Source of the DNA: an uncultured Gemmatimonadales bacterium | GTDB taxonomy: Bacteria; Gemmatimonadota; Gemmatimonadetes; Longimicrobiales; Longimicrobiaceae | Assembly (NCBI GenBank): GCA_963716255.1 | Contig: OY970303.1 | Location: forward strand, 3,552,001 to 3,616,000 | DNA: 64,000 nucleotides | Direction of reading: 5' to 3' | Part shown: piece after piece, positions 43,303 through 52,934 of the stretch | How positions within the stretch are numbered: the stretch's first letter is position 1 | How the letters are laid out: each line of letters opens with the position of its first letter | The notes under the pieces: generated by a model | What the model was told of the DNA's origin: nothing | The model's database searches: none | The model's input: only the letters and a program-made list of their open reading frames with translations | Translations under genes and position numbers: made by a program

Positions 43303-43449
43303 TCACTCCACTGCCGAACACGCCGAAGGTATTGCCACCAGCCACATTCTCGAGGGTTCGTCATCGAGCCGGCCGGCGTCGAAGTCGTCGGTATCGAGCC
43401 TGACCAACTTCTCGTCCTCCGAGCGCCGGTGTTCGTTCGATGCCGTCGT
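43303..43449 (-). pseudogene. decayed paralog of precursor C
   Basis: SNEHRRSEDEKLVRLDTDDFDAGRLDDE[1-nt gap]LENVAGGNTFGVFGSG aligns with precursor C; ACG where the start is expected. Confidence 0.75.
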
Positions 43450-43602
43450 GCGATCCCCCTTTGGGGCTGACGAGCCCCCGGGGAAACCCCGCGAGGGGAT
43501 GCCGCTCCTGCTCCGGGCTGAAAGGCCGGTGCAGGAGCGGCACCCCGCTTGTCACCGGGCCGAGGTGTCCGACGTGTCTTTCGGCCAGGCGCCGGTCCAG
43601 AG

Positions 43603-43782
43603 CTAAGTGATCGAGGGCTTCTGGCTGGTCTGGCCGGTGTAGGTCCCGCAGCTGAAGGTTCCGCAATCACCGCCGCCAGCGACATCCTCGAGATCCTGCT
43701 CGTCCAGCTGGTCGGCGTCTAGGTTGTCGGCGTTGAGGTTGACCAGTTCCTCGTGCTCGGGCTGCTTGTGTTCGTCGCTCAT
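43603..43782 (-). CDS. double-glycine RiPP precursor C (59 aa); core GDCGTFSCGTYTGQTSQKPSIT
   Basis: GGAGG RBS; acidic leader ending LDEQDLEDVAGG; directly downstream of the radical SAM gene. Confidence 0.88.
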   Translation of the reverse strand: MSDEHKQPEHEELVNLNADNLDADQLDEQDLEDVAGGGDCGTFSCGTYTGQTSQKPSIT

Positions 43783-43887
43783 CGTACCGTCCTCCATGAG
43801 TGGTGAAAACGCCTCCGGAGAAGCCCGGAGGAGGGTGCCGCCCATGCGCCGGCCATGCCGCTCGGCGCGAGGCAGCAGCGTACGGCG

Positions 43888-45393
43888 CTATAGGTCGCAG
43901 ACCCGCGTCTGCTGCACCTGCTCCGCGCCATTTACGTGGTCGACGTACGCTTTTGCCACCGAGTGGCGGAAGCGGTCGGCGAAGCCGTCGCAGTAGTTGG
44001 AGAAGAACTTGCCTTTCTGGCCTTCCGCGAGCACCGCGCAGCCGCCTCCGCAGTGGAGCGCGTAGCGGCACTTGCGGCACGTGGGGTTGCTGGCGGGGGT
44101 GCGGCTGCGCCACATCCGGTTGAGGCCCTCGTTCATCTCCACCTCCCCGCCGTCGAGCACGCTGCCGATGCGGACCCGCGTGTCGCCCGTGCGCTCCCAG
44201 CAGGCGTAGATGTCGCCGAAGGCGTCGAAGATGTACATCCCCGTGTGCGCGCCGCAGAAGCTGCTCTTGAGCTGTGACAGCCCGTGGGCCCGGCTCTCGA
44301 AGATCTGCCGCGCGCGATGCTCCATGCCGTCGTCGGGCCTGCCGATGACGCGCATGGCGGGGTAGATGGCGCGCAGCTCGTCGATCGCGTTGTCCAGCTC
44401 CCAGGTGGTCGGGAAGATGTCGCGGATGCTCGTCTTCTCGCTGCCCATGGTGATCGGGGCCGTGTAGACCGAGAACCGCCGGTCCCGGTCCCAACCCCTT
44501 GCGACGATCTCCTCGGCGAGGCGCGGCATCTCCCTGATGTTCCTGGGGTCCAGGTTGACCCGCACCGACACCACCACCCCGTGCTCCAGGCACAGGTCGA
44601 TGTTGCGCGCGATCTGCTCGAAGGTCCCGGAGCCGTCGGCGCGGATCCGGCGCCGGTCATGCTCCTCCGGTGGGCCGTCGAGCGTGATCTGGATCATGGC
44701 GATCCCCTCCGGCCCCAGTAGCTCCCCGTACGTTTCCAGCTCCGTCGCGTTGCTGACCGCCCAGAAGCGCGCCGGACCAAGCGCGCGGGCCCGGTTAATG
44801 ATGTACTCGATGATCTGCCGGTTCCCGGCCAGGAGCGGCTCCCCGCCGAAGAAGCCGATGTTGCGCGTGATCTCGTCCCCGTCCTCGGCGCCGTGGCTGC
44901 GCTCGATGGTGGGCATGGCCGCGAAGATCCGGTTCACCGTGTCCGGCGAGACGGTGCGCAGCAGGTGGCTGAACTCCGCCTTCGTGCGCATGTGGTCCTG
45001 GAAGCAGTACGCGCAGCGCAGGTTGCAGTTGTAGGTGGGCATGAAGATGTAGCTGACCCTTTCCATCGCCTTGTGGTGCCGCTTCTTGGTGAACCGCGCG
45101 AAGAAGCCTTCCTCCTCCTGGACGGACATCTCCGTCATGTAGCCGCGCTTGCGCAGCATCTCGAGGGTCCGGTCCGAGGGCACGGCGGCCGCGGTCGTGC
45201 GGGCCAGCGCCGGCTCCGATTCCCACTTGCCGTGCAGCGGCTGGGGCGGCGGTCCCGTCTCCAGCGACTGGAGGTACTCGGCGACGCTCCGCGAGACCTT
45301 GTCGTACGCCCCCGTATAGCCATGGACGAGCAGCGTGCCGTCGCTGGCGTCCGGCAGCGGGGCGTAGATGGTGTAGCTGCTCGTCCGAAGCAT
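43888..45393 (-). CDS. radical SAM/SPASM peptide maturase
   Basis: CNLRCAYC, FFGGEPLL, QITLDG; SPASM cysteines CGAH..YACW..CRKCRYALHCGGGC..YC; ~110-aa N-terminal extension (possible RRE). Confidence 0.93.
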   Translation of the reverse strand: MLRTSSYTIYAPLPDASDGTLLVHGYTGAYDKVSRSVAEYLQSLETGPPPQPLHGKWESEPALARTTAAAVPSDRTLEMLRKRGYMTEMSVQEEEGFFARFTKKRHHKAMERVSYIFMPTYNCNLRCAYCFQDHMRTKAEFSHLLRTVSPDTVNRIFAAMPTIERSHGAEDGDEITRNIGFFGGEPLLAGNRQIIEYIINRARALGPARFWAVSNATELETYGELLGPEGIAMIQITLDGPPEEHDRRRIRADGSGTFEQIARNIDLCLEHGVVVSVRVNLDPRNIREMPRLAEEIVARGWDRDRRFSVYTAPITMGSEKTSIRDIFPTTWELDNAIDELRAIYPAMRVIGRPDDGMEHRARQIFESRAHGLSQLKSSFCGAHTGMYIFDAFGDIYACWERTGDTRVRIGSVLDGGEVEMNEGLNRMWRSRTPASNPTCRKCRYALHCGGGCAVLAEGQKGKFFSNYCDGFADRFRHSVAKAYVDHVNGAEQVQQTRVCDL

Positions 45394-45534
45394 GGTGATC
45401 TCCCGGGGCTGAGTTGAAAGGTGTGGCCTGGCAGGTGAGCGGTCCGTCGCGTGCCGATGATCCGGTGCCGTACACGGCAGGTGCTGCAATCGGAGAATGC
45501 GGTATGGGAAATTGTCGCTCCGGTGCTGATGGGT

Positions 45535-45550
45535 AGCAACGGGCATGCCT
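45535..45550 (-). promoter_or_regulatory. sigma-54 promoter of the RiPP operon
   Basis: AGGCATGCCCGTTGCT (GG-N10-GC), preceded by a very AT-rich tract (45551-45595) with AATCAA IHF-like cores. Confidence 0.7.
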
Positions 45551-45753
45551 CTGTTATATTTCGTCGTAAATATTGATTGATTAATGTTTTATGTGCTCGT
45601 GGCCGGGCGGGGCGGGTGCGTGGAGTCGCGCCCTCACTCTATTCATAGGGGCGGCGCTCTACTCCCCGCTTGGATCGCCGGAACCCGGCAAGAACGACCG
45701 AGCCCCGGCGCGACTCGGTCGCTCCGGGGCTCGCCTGCTCTCCGTCGTCCGGC

Positions 45754-46575
45754 TCAGTAGATGTACACCGGCGTCCCCACGGGCACCTTCCGGTAAAGAA
45801 GCTCCAGGTCCGCCTCGCGCAGGCGGATGCACCCGTGCGTCACCTCGCTCCCGATGGAGTCCTGGTACGGCGTGCCGTGCAGGTAGTACCCGCCCCCCAT
45901 GTCCAGCTTGTACTTCCCCAGCTCGCCCGGCATCCGCCGGTTCACGGTTTCCGGGGGCGGCGCGAAGAGCGTGTCGTTGAACACCGCCTCCTCGCCCACC
46001 GGCACCGGCTGGAAGCTCCCGTCCGCCAGCAGCCGCCCGATGCGGTTCCCCCGCACCGCCACCCAACTGCCGTCGCCCAGCGGCATCCTCTGCCCGCTGC
46101 CCAGGAACTCCAGCTGGAGCCCCAGCTTCAGCGCCAGCTCCACGTAGTGCCAGTCGGGCGGGACCCAGACGGGGTTGCGCTGCTTGGTGGTGATGGTGCG
46201 CCGGCCGCGCGGGGTGGAGAAGTTCCACTCCTTTCCCTCGTACTCCATGACCACCGCCTTCCCCACCGCCACCGGGGCCGCGTGCAGCACCGTCGTCCCC
46301 TGCTTCAACCAGAGGGTGCGGTCCCTCAGCGACACGATCACCCGCAGTCCCCGGGCGCGCTCCGCATCGGCGAGGATCCGCGCGCCCAGCGCGTCGGTGG
46401 GGGCGGACGGAGCCGACCGCGCCGTGTCCACCCCCGCCGGTTGCCCGGGAGCGGCCACGAGGGCCACGACCGAGCTGGCCGCTGCCTGGGCGCGCGCGCC
46501 CGAGGGCGCCGCGAAGGCGAGCGGGAGAAGGAGGAGCCGGGCGAGCGCCGGCGCGGAGACACGGAAGGAAATCAC
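45754..46575 (-). CDS. L,D-transpeptidase (YkuD family)
   Basis: YYLHGT...[16 protein letters not shown]; signal peptide; start uncertain. Confidence 0.88.
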   Translation of the reverse strand: MISFRVSAPALARLLLLPLAFAAPSGARAQAAASSVVALVAAPGQPAGVDTARSAPSAPTDALGARILADAERARGLRVIVSLRDRTLWLKQGTTVLHAAPVAVGKAVVMEYEGKEWNFSTPRGRRTITTKQRNPVWVPPDWHYVELALKLGLQLEFLGSGQRMPLGDGSWVAVRGNRIGRLLADGSFQPVPVGEEAVFNDTLFAPPPETVNRRMPGELGKYKLDMGGGYYLHGTPYQDSIGSEVTHGCIRLREADLELLYRKVPVGTPVYIY

Positions 46576-46707
46576 TGTACGGCCTGGTTCGATCTCGGTT
46601 CTGGGGGAGCCGCCGCGCGGTGCGTCCGGCCCGGTCGGGCGGCCCGACGGGCCACCCCTTCGCAAGACAGGCGCCGCTGGAGGCGGCGCCTGTCCCGGGT
46701 GGTGCGT

Positions 46708-47763
46708 CTACTCCTCGCCTTCGCCGTTCTTGCGGCGCCGCCGCCGCATGGCCGCCACCCCCGCCAGCCCGGTTCCCAGGAGCACCATGCTCACCGGCTC
46801 GGGGACCACCTCGCCCGGAGGCGGTCCCGGAGGTCCCGGGGGCCCTGGAGGTCCCGGAGGGCCGGGCTCGCCCGGCGTCCCCGGCGTGCCGGGGGTTCCC
46901 GGCGTCCCAGGCGTTCCCGGAGGCCCGGGCTCCCCCGGAGTACCGGGAGTCCCAGGTGTGCCCGGCGTCCCGGGTGTGCCGGGGGTACCCGGCGTTCCAG
47001 GTGTCCCCGGAATCCCGGGCTCTCCGGGCGTTCCAGGTGTCCCCGGAGTGCCGGGCGTCCCAGGTGTACCCGGGGTCCCAGGTGTGCCGGGCGTGCCAGG
47101 GGTACCCGGCGTTCCCGGAGTGCCGGGCGTTCCCGGAGGACCCGGCTCCCCCGGCGTGCCGGGTGTTCCCGGAGGTCCGGCGGGCCCCTCGGGGCCGGCG
47201 GGTCCCGGAGGCGGCTGGCCGCCCGGCGGGGTGGCCCCGCTCACGCCGCCGTCGTCGTCGCCGATCATGGTGTACCCCGCGAGCCCGAGCAGCGGGATGG
47301 AGGCCAGGTACCCCAGCCGAGTCCCCGGCGTCGCCACCGGCACGTCCGGGAACACCTGCGGCGAGTTCATCAGCAGGGGCGGGGTGGCACCCACGGGGAT
47401 GCCGCCGCGCGGAGCCCGCGCCGCGATGTAGCATACCGACAGGTCCTTGCACACGCGGTAGCGGATCGTGTCGCCGGCCGCCTCTGCCGCTTGGTACTCC
47501 TCGCGGAGGAACGAGGCGAACTGCGTCCCGCCGTCCGCCGCCCGGAAGGCGGTGCCGCCGGGCGCGCCGGCCCCTCCGCCCCCGCCGGCGGCTCCCCCGC
47601 CGCCACCCGGCGCCCGCAGGCCGGTGCTGCTGTAGGCGCCGCGCAGGACACTCCCGAAACCAGCACCCGAATCGGACTTCGCCACCAGACCCTGCGCGAG
47701 GAAGCCCAGCATACCGACCCCACCACCTACGGTGATGAGCACGAACGACGTAGCACGGCGCAT
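46708..47763 (-). CDS. PEP-CTERM surface protein with a collagen-like (Gly-Thr-Pro)n stalk
   Basis: C-terminal [26 protein letters not shown]; ~40 uninterrupted G-X-Y triplets; GGGAGG RBS. Confidence 0.9.
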   Translation of the reverse strand: MRRATSFVLITVGGGVGMLGFLAQGLVAKSDSGAGFGSVLRGAYSSTGLRAPGGGGGAAGGGGGAGAPGGTAFRAADGGTQFASFLREEYQAAEAAGDTIRYRVCKDLSVCYIAARAPRGGIPVGATPPLLMNSPQVFPDVPVATPGTRLGYLASIPLLGLAGYTMIGDDDGGVSGATPPGGQPPPGPAGPEGPAGPPGTPGTPGEPGPPGTPGTPGTPGTPGTPGTPGTPGTPGTPGTPGTPGTPGEPGIPGTPGTPGTPGTPGTPGTPGTPGTPGEPGPPGTPGTPGTPGTPGTPGEPGPPGPPGPPGPPGPPPGEVVPEPVSMVLLGTGLAGVAAMRRRRRKNGEGEE

Positions 47764-47892
47764 ATCGACCTCCCTGCGGTGACGGTACCGGTGTCCTGGG
47801 ACAGACCGCAGCGCTGCAGAACCGACATGGGACCCGGCGTGCCGCCTGCCGGCGGCGTGCCCTCGGAGCGTCCCACACGCATGTTTTGACGT

Positions 47893-47968
47893 GGCAAAAC
47901 GTGTACCTGGAAAACTATGTAGCACGAGCACCGCTCCGGTGCAACAAAGTGTTTCACCCGCGCAACAC
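47893..47968 (-). promoter_or_regulatory. sigma-54 promoter plus two upstream palindromes for the PEP-CTERM gene
   Basis: CAGGTACACGTTTTGCC (47893-47909); palindromes TGTAGCAC..GTGCAACA (47918-47946) and GTGTT-N10-AACAC (47949-47968). Confidence 0.6.
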
Positions 47969-48193
47969 TTCCGGCCGGTCCGGCCGGAGCGCCCGGAGCA
48001 GGGGAGCGTCCAGGGGCGTACGGGCGCGCTGAACGGGTGTGCGCAGCGGAGCCGAGCCCACGCGGGCGTCCGCGGGGGTGTCGCGCCGGGGCACCCCGCC
48101 GTACGTTCAGCGACGCGGCCCCGAACGCGCCCGCGCGTGATCCGGAAACCCTCCCGATCCCGCCGTGGGGCGGCCCCCGACCCTCGCGTTCCC

Positions 48194-49696
48194 ATGAACG
48201 TCGCGCAGAACCTGGAGCGCTCCGCCCGGCTCTTCCCGGACGCGCCCGCGATCGTGTTCGAGGGGCGGACCCTTTCCTACCGCGAGCTGGACGCGCGGGC
48301 GAGCCGCGCGGCGCACGCGCTGGAGGCGCTGGGCGTGGCCCCCGGCGACCGGGTCGCCTTCTTTCTCCCCAACGTGCCGGAGTTCGCCGTCGTGTACCTG
48401 GCGGCGATGAAGGTGGGCGCCGTCGCGGTGTCGCTGAACGCGCTGCTCAGGACGGAAGAGGCCCGCTACGTCCTGGAGGACAGCGGCGCGGGGGTGCTCT
48501 TCACCACGGCGGCGCTCTTCGAGCCCGTTGCGTCGCTGCGCGACATCGTTGCATCGCTGCGACACGTGGTGCTCTGCGAGGGGGAGGCGCCCGGGGAAAC
48601 GGCGACGCTGGACGCCTTGTCCGAGGGGATGCCGGCGGAGCGCCGCGCCCGCGAGATGAGCCGGGACGACCCGGCGGCGGTCCTCTACACCTCCGGCACC
48701 ACCGGGCGGCAGAAGGGGGCGACCCTGTCGCACGGCAACGTGGTCTCCAACGCCCATGCCACGCGCCACTGCGTGGGCTCGCGTCCGGGCGACCGGCACG
48801 CGCTCTTCCTGCCGCTCTTCCACTGCTTCGGGCAGAACTTCGTCCTGGGCGCGGCGCTGGCCTCCGGCGGCACCGTGCTCCTGCACCGGCGGTTCGACCC
48901 GGACGCCACCCCCGCGGCGCTCCGCGAGCAGGGGATGACGCACCTGTACGCCGTCCCCACCATCTACATCTACCTGCTGAACGAGGGCATCGCCCCGGCC
49001 GACCTCCCCGGGCTGCGCTACAGCTTCTCCGCCGCGGCCACCCTGCCCGTGGAGGTGGCGAGGCGCTGGCAGGACCTGTTCGGGATGCCGGTGTTCGAGG
49101 GGTACGGGCTCACGGAGACGTCGCCCTTCGCCGCGTACAACCACGAGTTCGCGCACCGGCCGGGCTCCATCGGCGCGCCGGTGGAGAACGTGGAGATGCG
49201 GGTGGTGGGCCCGGACGACGCGGAGGTGGCGGACGGCGAGTGGGGGGAGATCTGCATCCGCGGCCCCAACGTGATGCTGGGGTACTGGGAGCGGCCGGCA
49301 GAGTCGGCGGAGGCGCTGCGGGGCGGGTGGTTCCACTCCGGCGACGTGGGCTACCGCGACGCGGACGGCTACTTCTACCTGGTGGACCGGGTCAAGGACA
49401 TGATCAACGCCGCCGGCTTCAAGGTGTGGCCGCGCGAGGTGGAGGAGGTGCTGTACGCGCACCCGGCTGTGCGGGAGTGCGCCGTCGTGGGGCTGCCGGA
49501 CGCGGTGAAGGGCGAGACGGTGGCGGCGTTCGTGGTGCTGCGGCCGGGGGAGGCGTGCACGGCGGAGGAGGTGGCGGCCTACTGCCGCGAGCGCATGGCG
49601 GCGTACAAGGTGCCGCGCGAGGTGCGCTTCGTGGAGGCGGTGCCCAAGAGCCCCACCGGCAAGATCCTGAAGCGCGTGCTGCGGGAGGAGGGGTGA
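48194..49696 (+). CDS. long-chain fatty-acid--CoA ligase-like AMP-binding enzyme
   Basis: [41 protein letters not shown]. Confidence 0.92.
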   Translation: MNVAQNLERSARLFPDAPAIVFEGRTLSYRELDARASRAAHALEALGVAPGDRVAFFLPNVPEFAVVYLAAMKVGAVAVSLNALLRTEEARYVLEDSGAGVLFTTAALFEPVASLRDIVASLRHVVLCEGEAPGETATLDALSEGMPAERRAREMSRDDPAAVLYTSGTTGRQKGATLSHGNVVSNAHATRHCVGSRPGDRHALFLPLFHCFGQNFVLGAALASGGTVLLHRRFDPDATPAALREQGMTHLYAVPTIYIYLLNEGIAPADLPGLRYSFSAAATLPVEVARRWQDLFGMPVFEGYGLTETSPFAAYNHEFAHRPGSIGAPVENVEMRVVGPDDAEVADGEWGEICIRGPNVMLGYWERPAESAEALRGGWFHSGDVGYRDADGYFYLVDRVKDMINAAGFKVWPREVEEVLYAHPAVRECAVVGLPDAVKGETVAAFVVLRPGEACTAEEVAAYCRERMAAYKVPREVRFVEAVPKSPTGKILKRVLREEG

Positions 49697-49765
49697 GCGA
49701 AGGGGCCGCGGCGGGAGGCGCCTGCCCGCAGCACGAGAACTTTCTGGTGGAGACCGACAGCAACC

Positions 49766-50350
49766 ATGCAGCAGACGGACATCGAGGGAACGCTGGAATT
49801 CCTCCGCGCGGCGGAGCAGCTCAAGAACGTGGTGCGGAACTCGTGGACCTCGGAGGGGCAGCGGGAAAGCGTGGCGGAGCACACCTGGCGGCTCTGCCTG
49901 ATGTCGGTGGTGTTCGCCGACAGCTTCCCGGGCGTGGACTTCGCCCGGCTGGTGAAGATCTGCGTCATCCACGACCTGGGCGAGGCCATCGGCGGCGACA
50001 TCCCCGCCATCGAGCAGACGGACGGCGCCCCCAAGGCCATCCAGGAGCGGGAGGACCTGCTCCAGCTCATCCGCCCGCTCCCGGAGCGCCTGCGGGCGGA
50101 GATGACCGCCCTGTGGGACGAGTACGAGGAGGCGGCCACCCCGGAGGCGCGGCTCGCCAAGGCGCTGGACAAGCTGGAAACCATCATGCAGCACAACCAG
50201 GGAAGGAACCCGGCCGGCTTCGACTACCGGTTCAACCTGGACTACGGGAAGCGGTACACCACGGGGGATCCGCTCATCGAGTCCATCCGCGAGATCCTGG
50301 ACCGGGACACCGAGCGGCGGGCGCAGGAGTCGGGGGCTGAAGGTGGTTGA
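49766..50350 (+). CDS. HD-domain hydrolase (HDDC2/YfbR-like)
   Basis: ESVAEHTWR, IHDLGEAIGGD, KALDKLE. Confidence 0.9.
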   Translation: MQQTDIEGTLEFLRAAEQLKNVVRNSWTSEGQRESVAEHTWRLCLMSVVFADSFPGVDFARLVKICVIHDLGEAIGGDIPAIEQTDGAPKAIQEREDLLQLIRPLPERLRAEMTALWDEYEEAATPEARLAKALDKLETIMQHNQGRNPAGFDYRFNLDYGKRYTTGDPLIESIREILDRDTERRAQESGAEGG

Positions 50351-50361
50351 GCTGGGGGTGT

Positions 50362-50616
50362 GGGCGTGCCCCCGGCGGGGCGCCGGGGTCGGGCTTCGGC
50401 TCCGTAACGCACGAAACGACCGTGCGTAACGGAGTCGAGCCCCGCGGAAACTGCCCCGCGGGTCTCGCCCCTTCGGGCCGAAATCCCTCACGCGGGGCTC
50501 TCGCTGGCGTCCGCTGAAGCCCCCACCCGGCTCGCTTGAGGCTCGCCTCCGTTGGGCTGCGTTGTTTGCAGCCCTACGGAGCCGCAGCCCGACCCCGCGC
50601 CAGCGGGGGCACGCCC
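50362..50616. repeat. family-A copy 6 (+, 50362-50493) and partial inverted copy 7 (-, 50547-50616)
   Basis: Two facing copies separated by a GGCTCGCTTGAGGCTCGCC fragment. Confidence 0.9.
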
Positions 50617-50627
50617 TCACCCGCCGT

Positions 50628-50948
50628 TCACGAAACGTCGGTCTTCACCCACTGGATGCGCCGGTGCCGCGTCCCCTCCAGCGCCGCACGCAGCCGCCGC
50701 AGCGCCTCCCGCCGGGCCCCGTCCGCCGAGTCCGCGTCCACGGCCACCTCCACGAGCACCCGGTACCCCACCCGGAACTCCTCCACGATGCGCCCCGCGG
50801 CCTCCGTGCGCTGCACCTCCGCCACCTCCACGCGCGCCGCCGGCAGGGCGCGCACGATCTCCTTTTCCACCTGGTGCTCGGCGTCGGCGAGCCCGTAGGC
50901 CGGCAGCTCGGCGCGCCCCCGGCCCTCCGCGCGGACCGTGTACCTCAC
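50628..50948 (-). CDS. hypothetical protein (106 aa)
   Basis: GTG start coupled to the kinase stop (GTGA); host-like codon usage. Confidence 0.6.
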   Translation of the reverse strand: MRYTVRAEGRGRAELPAYGLADAEHQVEKEIVRALPAARVEVAEVQRTEAAGRIVEEFRVGYRVLVEVAVDADSADGARREALRRLRAALEGTRHRRIQWVKTDVS

Positions 50949-52714
50949 TCCCGCGGGATCAGGATGGTGTCGCGCGGGGCGGGGCGGCGCGGCTGCGGCG
51001 GGCTGGGGCGCGGCTCCACGGGCGGCTGCTGCACGGGCTGGGGGACGCTGTCCAGCGGCAGCGTGTCCGGGAGCGGGGCGCGAGCCGCCTGGAGGGTGCG
51101 GATGCGCTCCTCGGCGACGCGGCGGCCGGGCTCGTACGTGCTCAGCTCCATGTAGCGCTCCAGCGCCGCGATGGCGCCGGTGGTGTCGCCCACCACCAGC
51201 GCGGCGTCGGCCAGGTGGTTGTATGCCACCACGCGCGACGGGTCCACCTCGGTCGCGCGGCGGATCTGCGCGAGCGCTTCCGCGGGCTGCCCCGCCTGGA
51301 GCAGGGCGTAGCCGAAGTTGTCCAGGTACTCCGCGTTCTCCGGCTCGATGCCCACGGCGCGGCGGAACTGCTCCACGGCCGTGGGATAGTCGCCCGCCTG
51401 CATGTAGCGCAGCCCCTCCTCGTTCGCCACCGCGGCGTCCACGGTCGTGGGGCCCTGGGGGACGGTGTCGACGGCGATCGTGTCCGCGGCGGCGCTGTCC
51501 GGGAGCTCGTCCAGCGGGCGCGCGGCGGTGCGGGAGTCGCGCTGGCCGGCCACGTACATGGCGAACGCGCCCCCGGCCAGCAGGAGGAGGAGCACCAGCG
51601 CCCACGTCCACCCGCGGCCCCGGCGCGGCTCCGGCTCGCGGCGGGGCGGGGGCGCCACCCCGGCCGGCGGCGCCGCGGCCGGGGCCGCCGCTGCCGGCGG
51701 CGCGGCGCGCGGGACGCCCGCGCCGGGCGGGGCGATCAGCGTGCGGTCGTCGGCGTCGTCCACCCGCGTGCGGTCCTCGCCCGGCGGGATGAACCCGGGG
51801 GGCGCGTACGGGGGGAGCGTGGTCTCGCCCATGGTGCGGCGGGCGCGGTCCAGCGCCTCGGCGAAGGCGCCCGCGTGCGGGTAGCGCTCCTCCGGGTCGC
51901 TCGCCATGGCGCGCAGCACCACCTCCTCCACCTCCGGGGGGATGGCGGGGTTGCGCGCGCGGATGGAGGGAGCGGGCACCGGCAGGCCGATCCCCATGCG
52001 GTTGCGGTCCGCCTCGTTGAAGGGGCGGTCGCCGGTGAGCAGCTGGAAGGCCACCGCGCCCAGAGAGAACACGTCCGAGGCCGGCGTCAGGCGCGCCTCG
52101 CCGCGGAGCTGCTCGGGGGAGGCGTAGGTGGGCGACAGCGGGGCGCGCCCGTCCTGGGTGAGCTGCGTGAAGGTGTCCTCCTCGGCGATCACCTTGGCGA
52201 TGCCGAAGTCCAGCACCCGCACCTGCATCTCGTCGCCCTCGTCGGTGCGGACGATGAAGATGTTCCCCGGCTTGACGTCGCGGTGGATCACGCCGGAGCG
52301 GTGCCCCACGTGCAGCCCGCGCGCCGCCTGGCGCAGGATCTCCAGCGTCTGCGGGAGCGGGGGCGGGCCCACGGCCAGGCGGGTGGCCAGGTCGTCGCCG
52401 CGCAGCAGCTCCATGACGATGAAGTCCAGCCCCAGCACGGGGTCCGTCCCGTAGTCGTACACGGGGACCACGTTGGGGTGGTGCGGGAGGCGAGCCGCGG
52501 CGGCGGCCTCGTGCCGGAAGCGCGCGCGGATGCGCTCGCGGGCGGCGGGGTCGGCGGCGCCCATCACGGTGATCACCTTCACCGCGACGTGGCGCCCCAG
52601 CCGCTCGTCCGTGGCGCGGTACACCGCACCCATTCCCCCCCGGCCGATCACCTCCTCGATGCGGTAGCGGTCCACCAGAACCCGCCCCGTGAGCAGCGAC
52701 TCGAACCCCGACAT
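50945..52714 (-). CDS. membrane Ser/Thr protein kinase with C-terminal TPR domain
   Basis: GRGGMG, VAVK, HRDVKPGN, DFG, YASPE; one TM; TPR repeats. Confidence 0.93.
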   Translation of the reverse strand: MSGFESLLTGRVLVDRYRIEEVIGRGGMGAVYRATDERLGRHVAVKVITVMGAADPAARERIRARFRHEAAAAARLPHHPNVVPVYDYGTDPVLGLDFIVMELLRGDDLATRLAVGPPPLPQTLEILRQAARGLHVGHRSGVIHRDVKPGNIFIVRTDEGDEMQVRVLDFGIAKVIAEEDTFTQLTQDGRAPLSPTYASPEQLRGEARLTPASDVFSLGAVAFQLLTGDRPFNEADRNRMGIGLPVPAPSIRARNPAIPPEVEEVVLRAMASDPEERYPHAGAFAEALDRARRTMGETTLPPYAPPGFIPPGEDRTRVDDADDRTLIAPPGAGVPRAAPPAAAAPAAAPPAGVAPPPRREPEPRRGRGWTWALVLLLLLAGGAFAMYVAGQRDSRTAARPLDELPDSAAADTIAVDTVPQGPTTVDAAVANEEGLRYMQAGDYPTAVEQFRRAVGIEPENAEYLDNFGYALLQAGQPAEALAQIRRATEVDPSRVVAYNHLADAALVVGDTTGAIAALERYMELSTYEPGRRVAEERIRTLQAARAPLPDTLPLDSVPQPVQQPPVEPRPSPPQPRRPAPRDTILIPRE

Positions 52715-52761
52715 TCGTTCTTTCGATTCCAGGTTGTTTGGACGGCACGGACGACGGATTT

Positions 52762-52892
52762 GGGCGTGCCCCCGGCTGCGCCGGGGTCGGGCTGCGCGCT
52801 GCGTAGGGAACGATACTACCGTTCCCAACGCAGCCGAGCCCCGCCGAAACCGCCCGGCGGGTCTCGGCCCTCCGGGCGCGCATCCCTCACGC
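52762..52892 (+). repeat. family-A copy 8 (diverged, pairing kept)
   Basis: CTGCGTAGGGAACG-ATACTAC-CGTTCCCAACGCAG replaces the usual stem with compensatory changes. Confidence 0.9.
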
Positions 52893-52934
52893 GGGCGCCT
52901 TCGCGGGGGCCGGCTTCAGCGCCGCCGCCCCGCG

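Noticed and set aside
46826..47210. 9-bp tandem repeat as a non-coding array
   Set aside because: It encodes the Gly-Thr-Pro stalk; third codon positions vary.
48194..49696. Acyl-CoA ligase as a lipidation enzyme of the RiPP cluster
   Set aside because: Divergently transcribed, separated by two unrelated genes, and no carrier protein or acyltransferase beside it.
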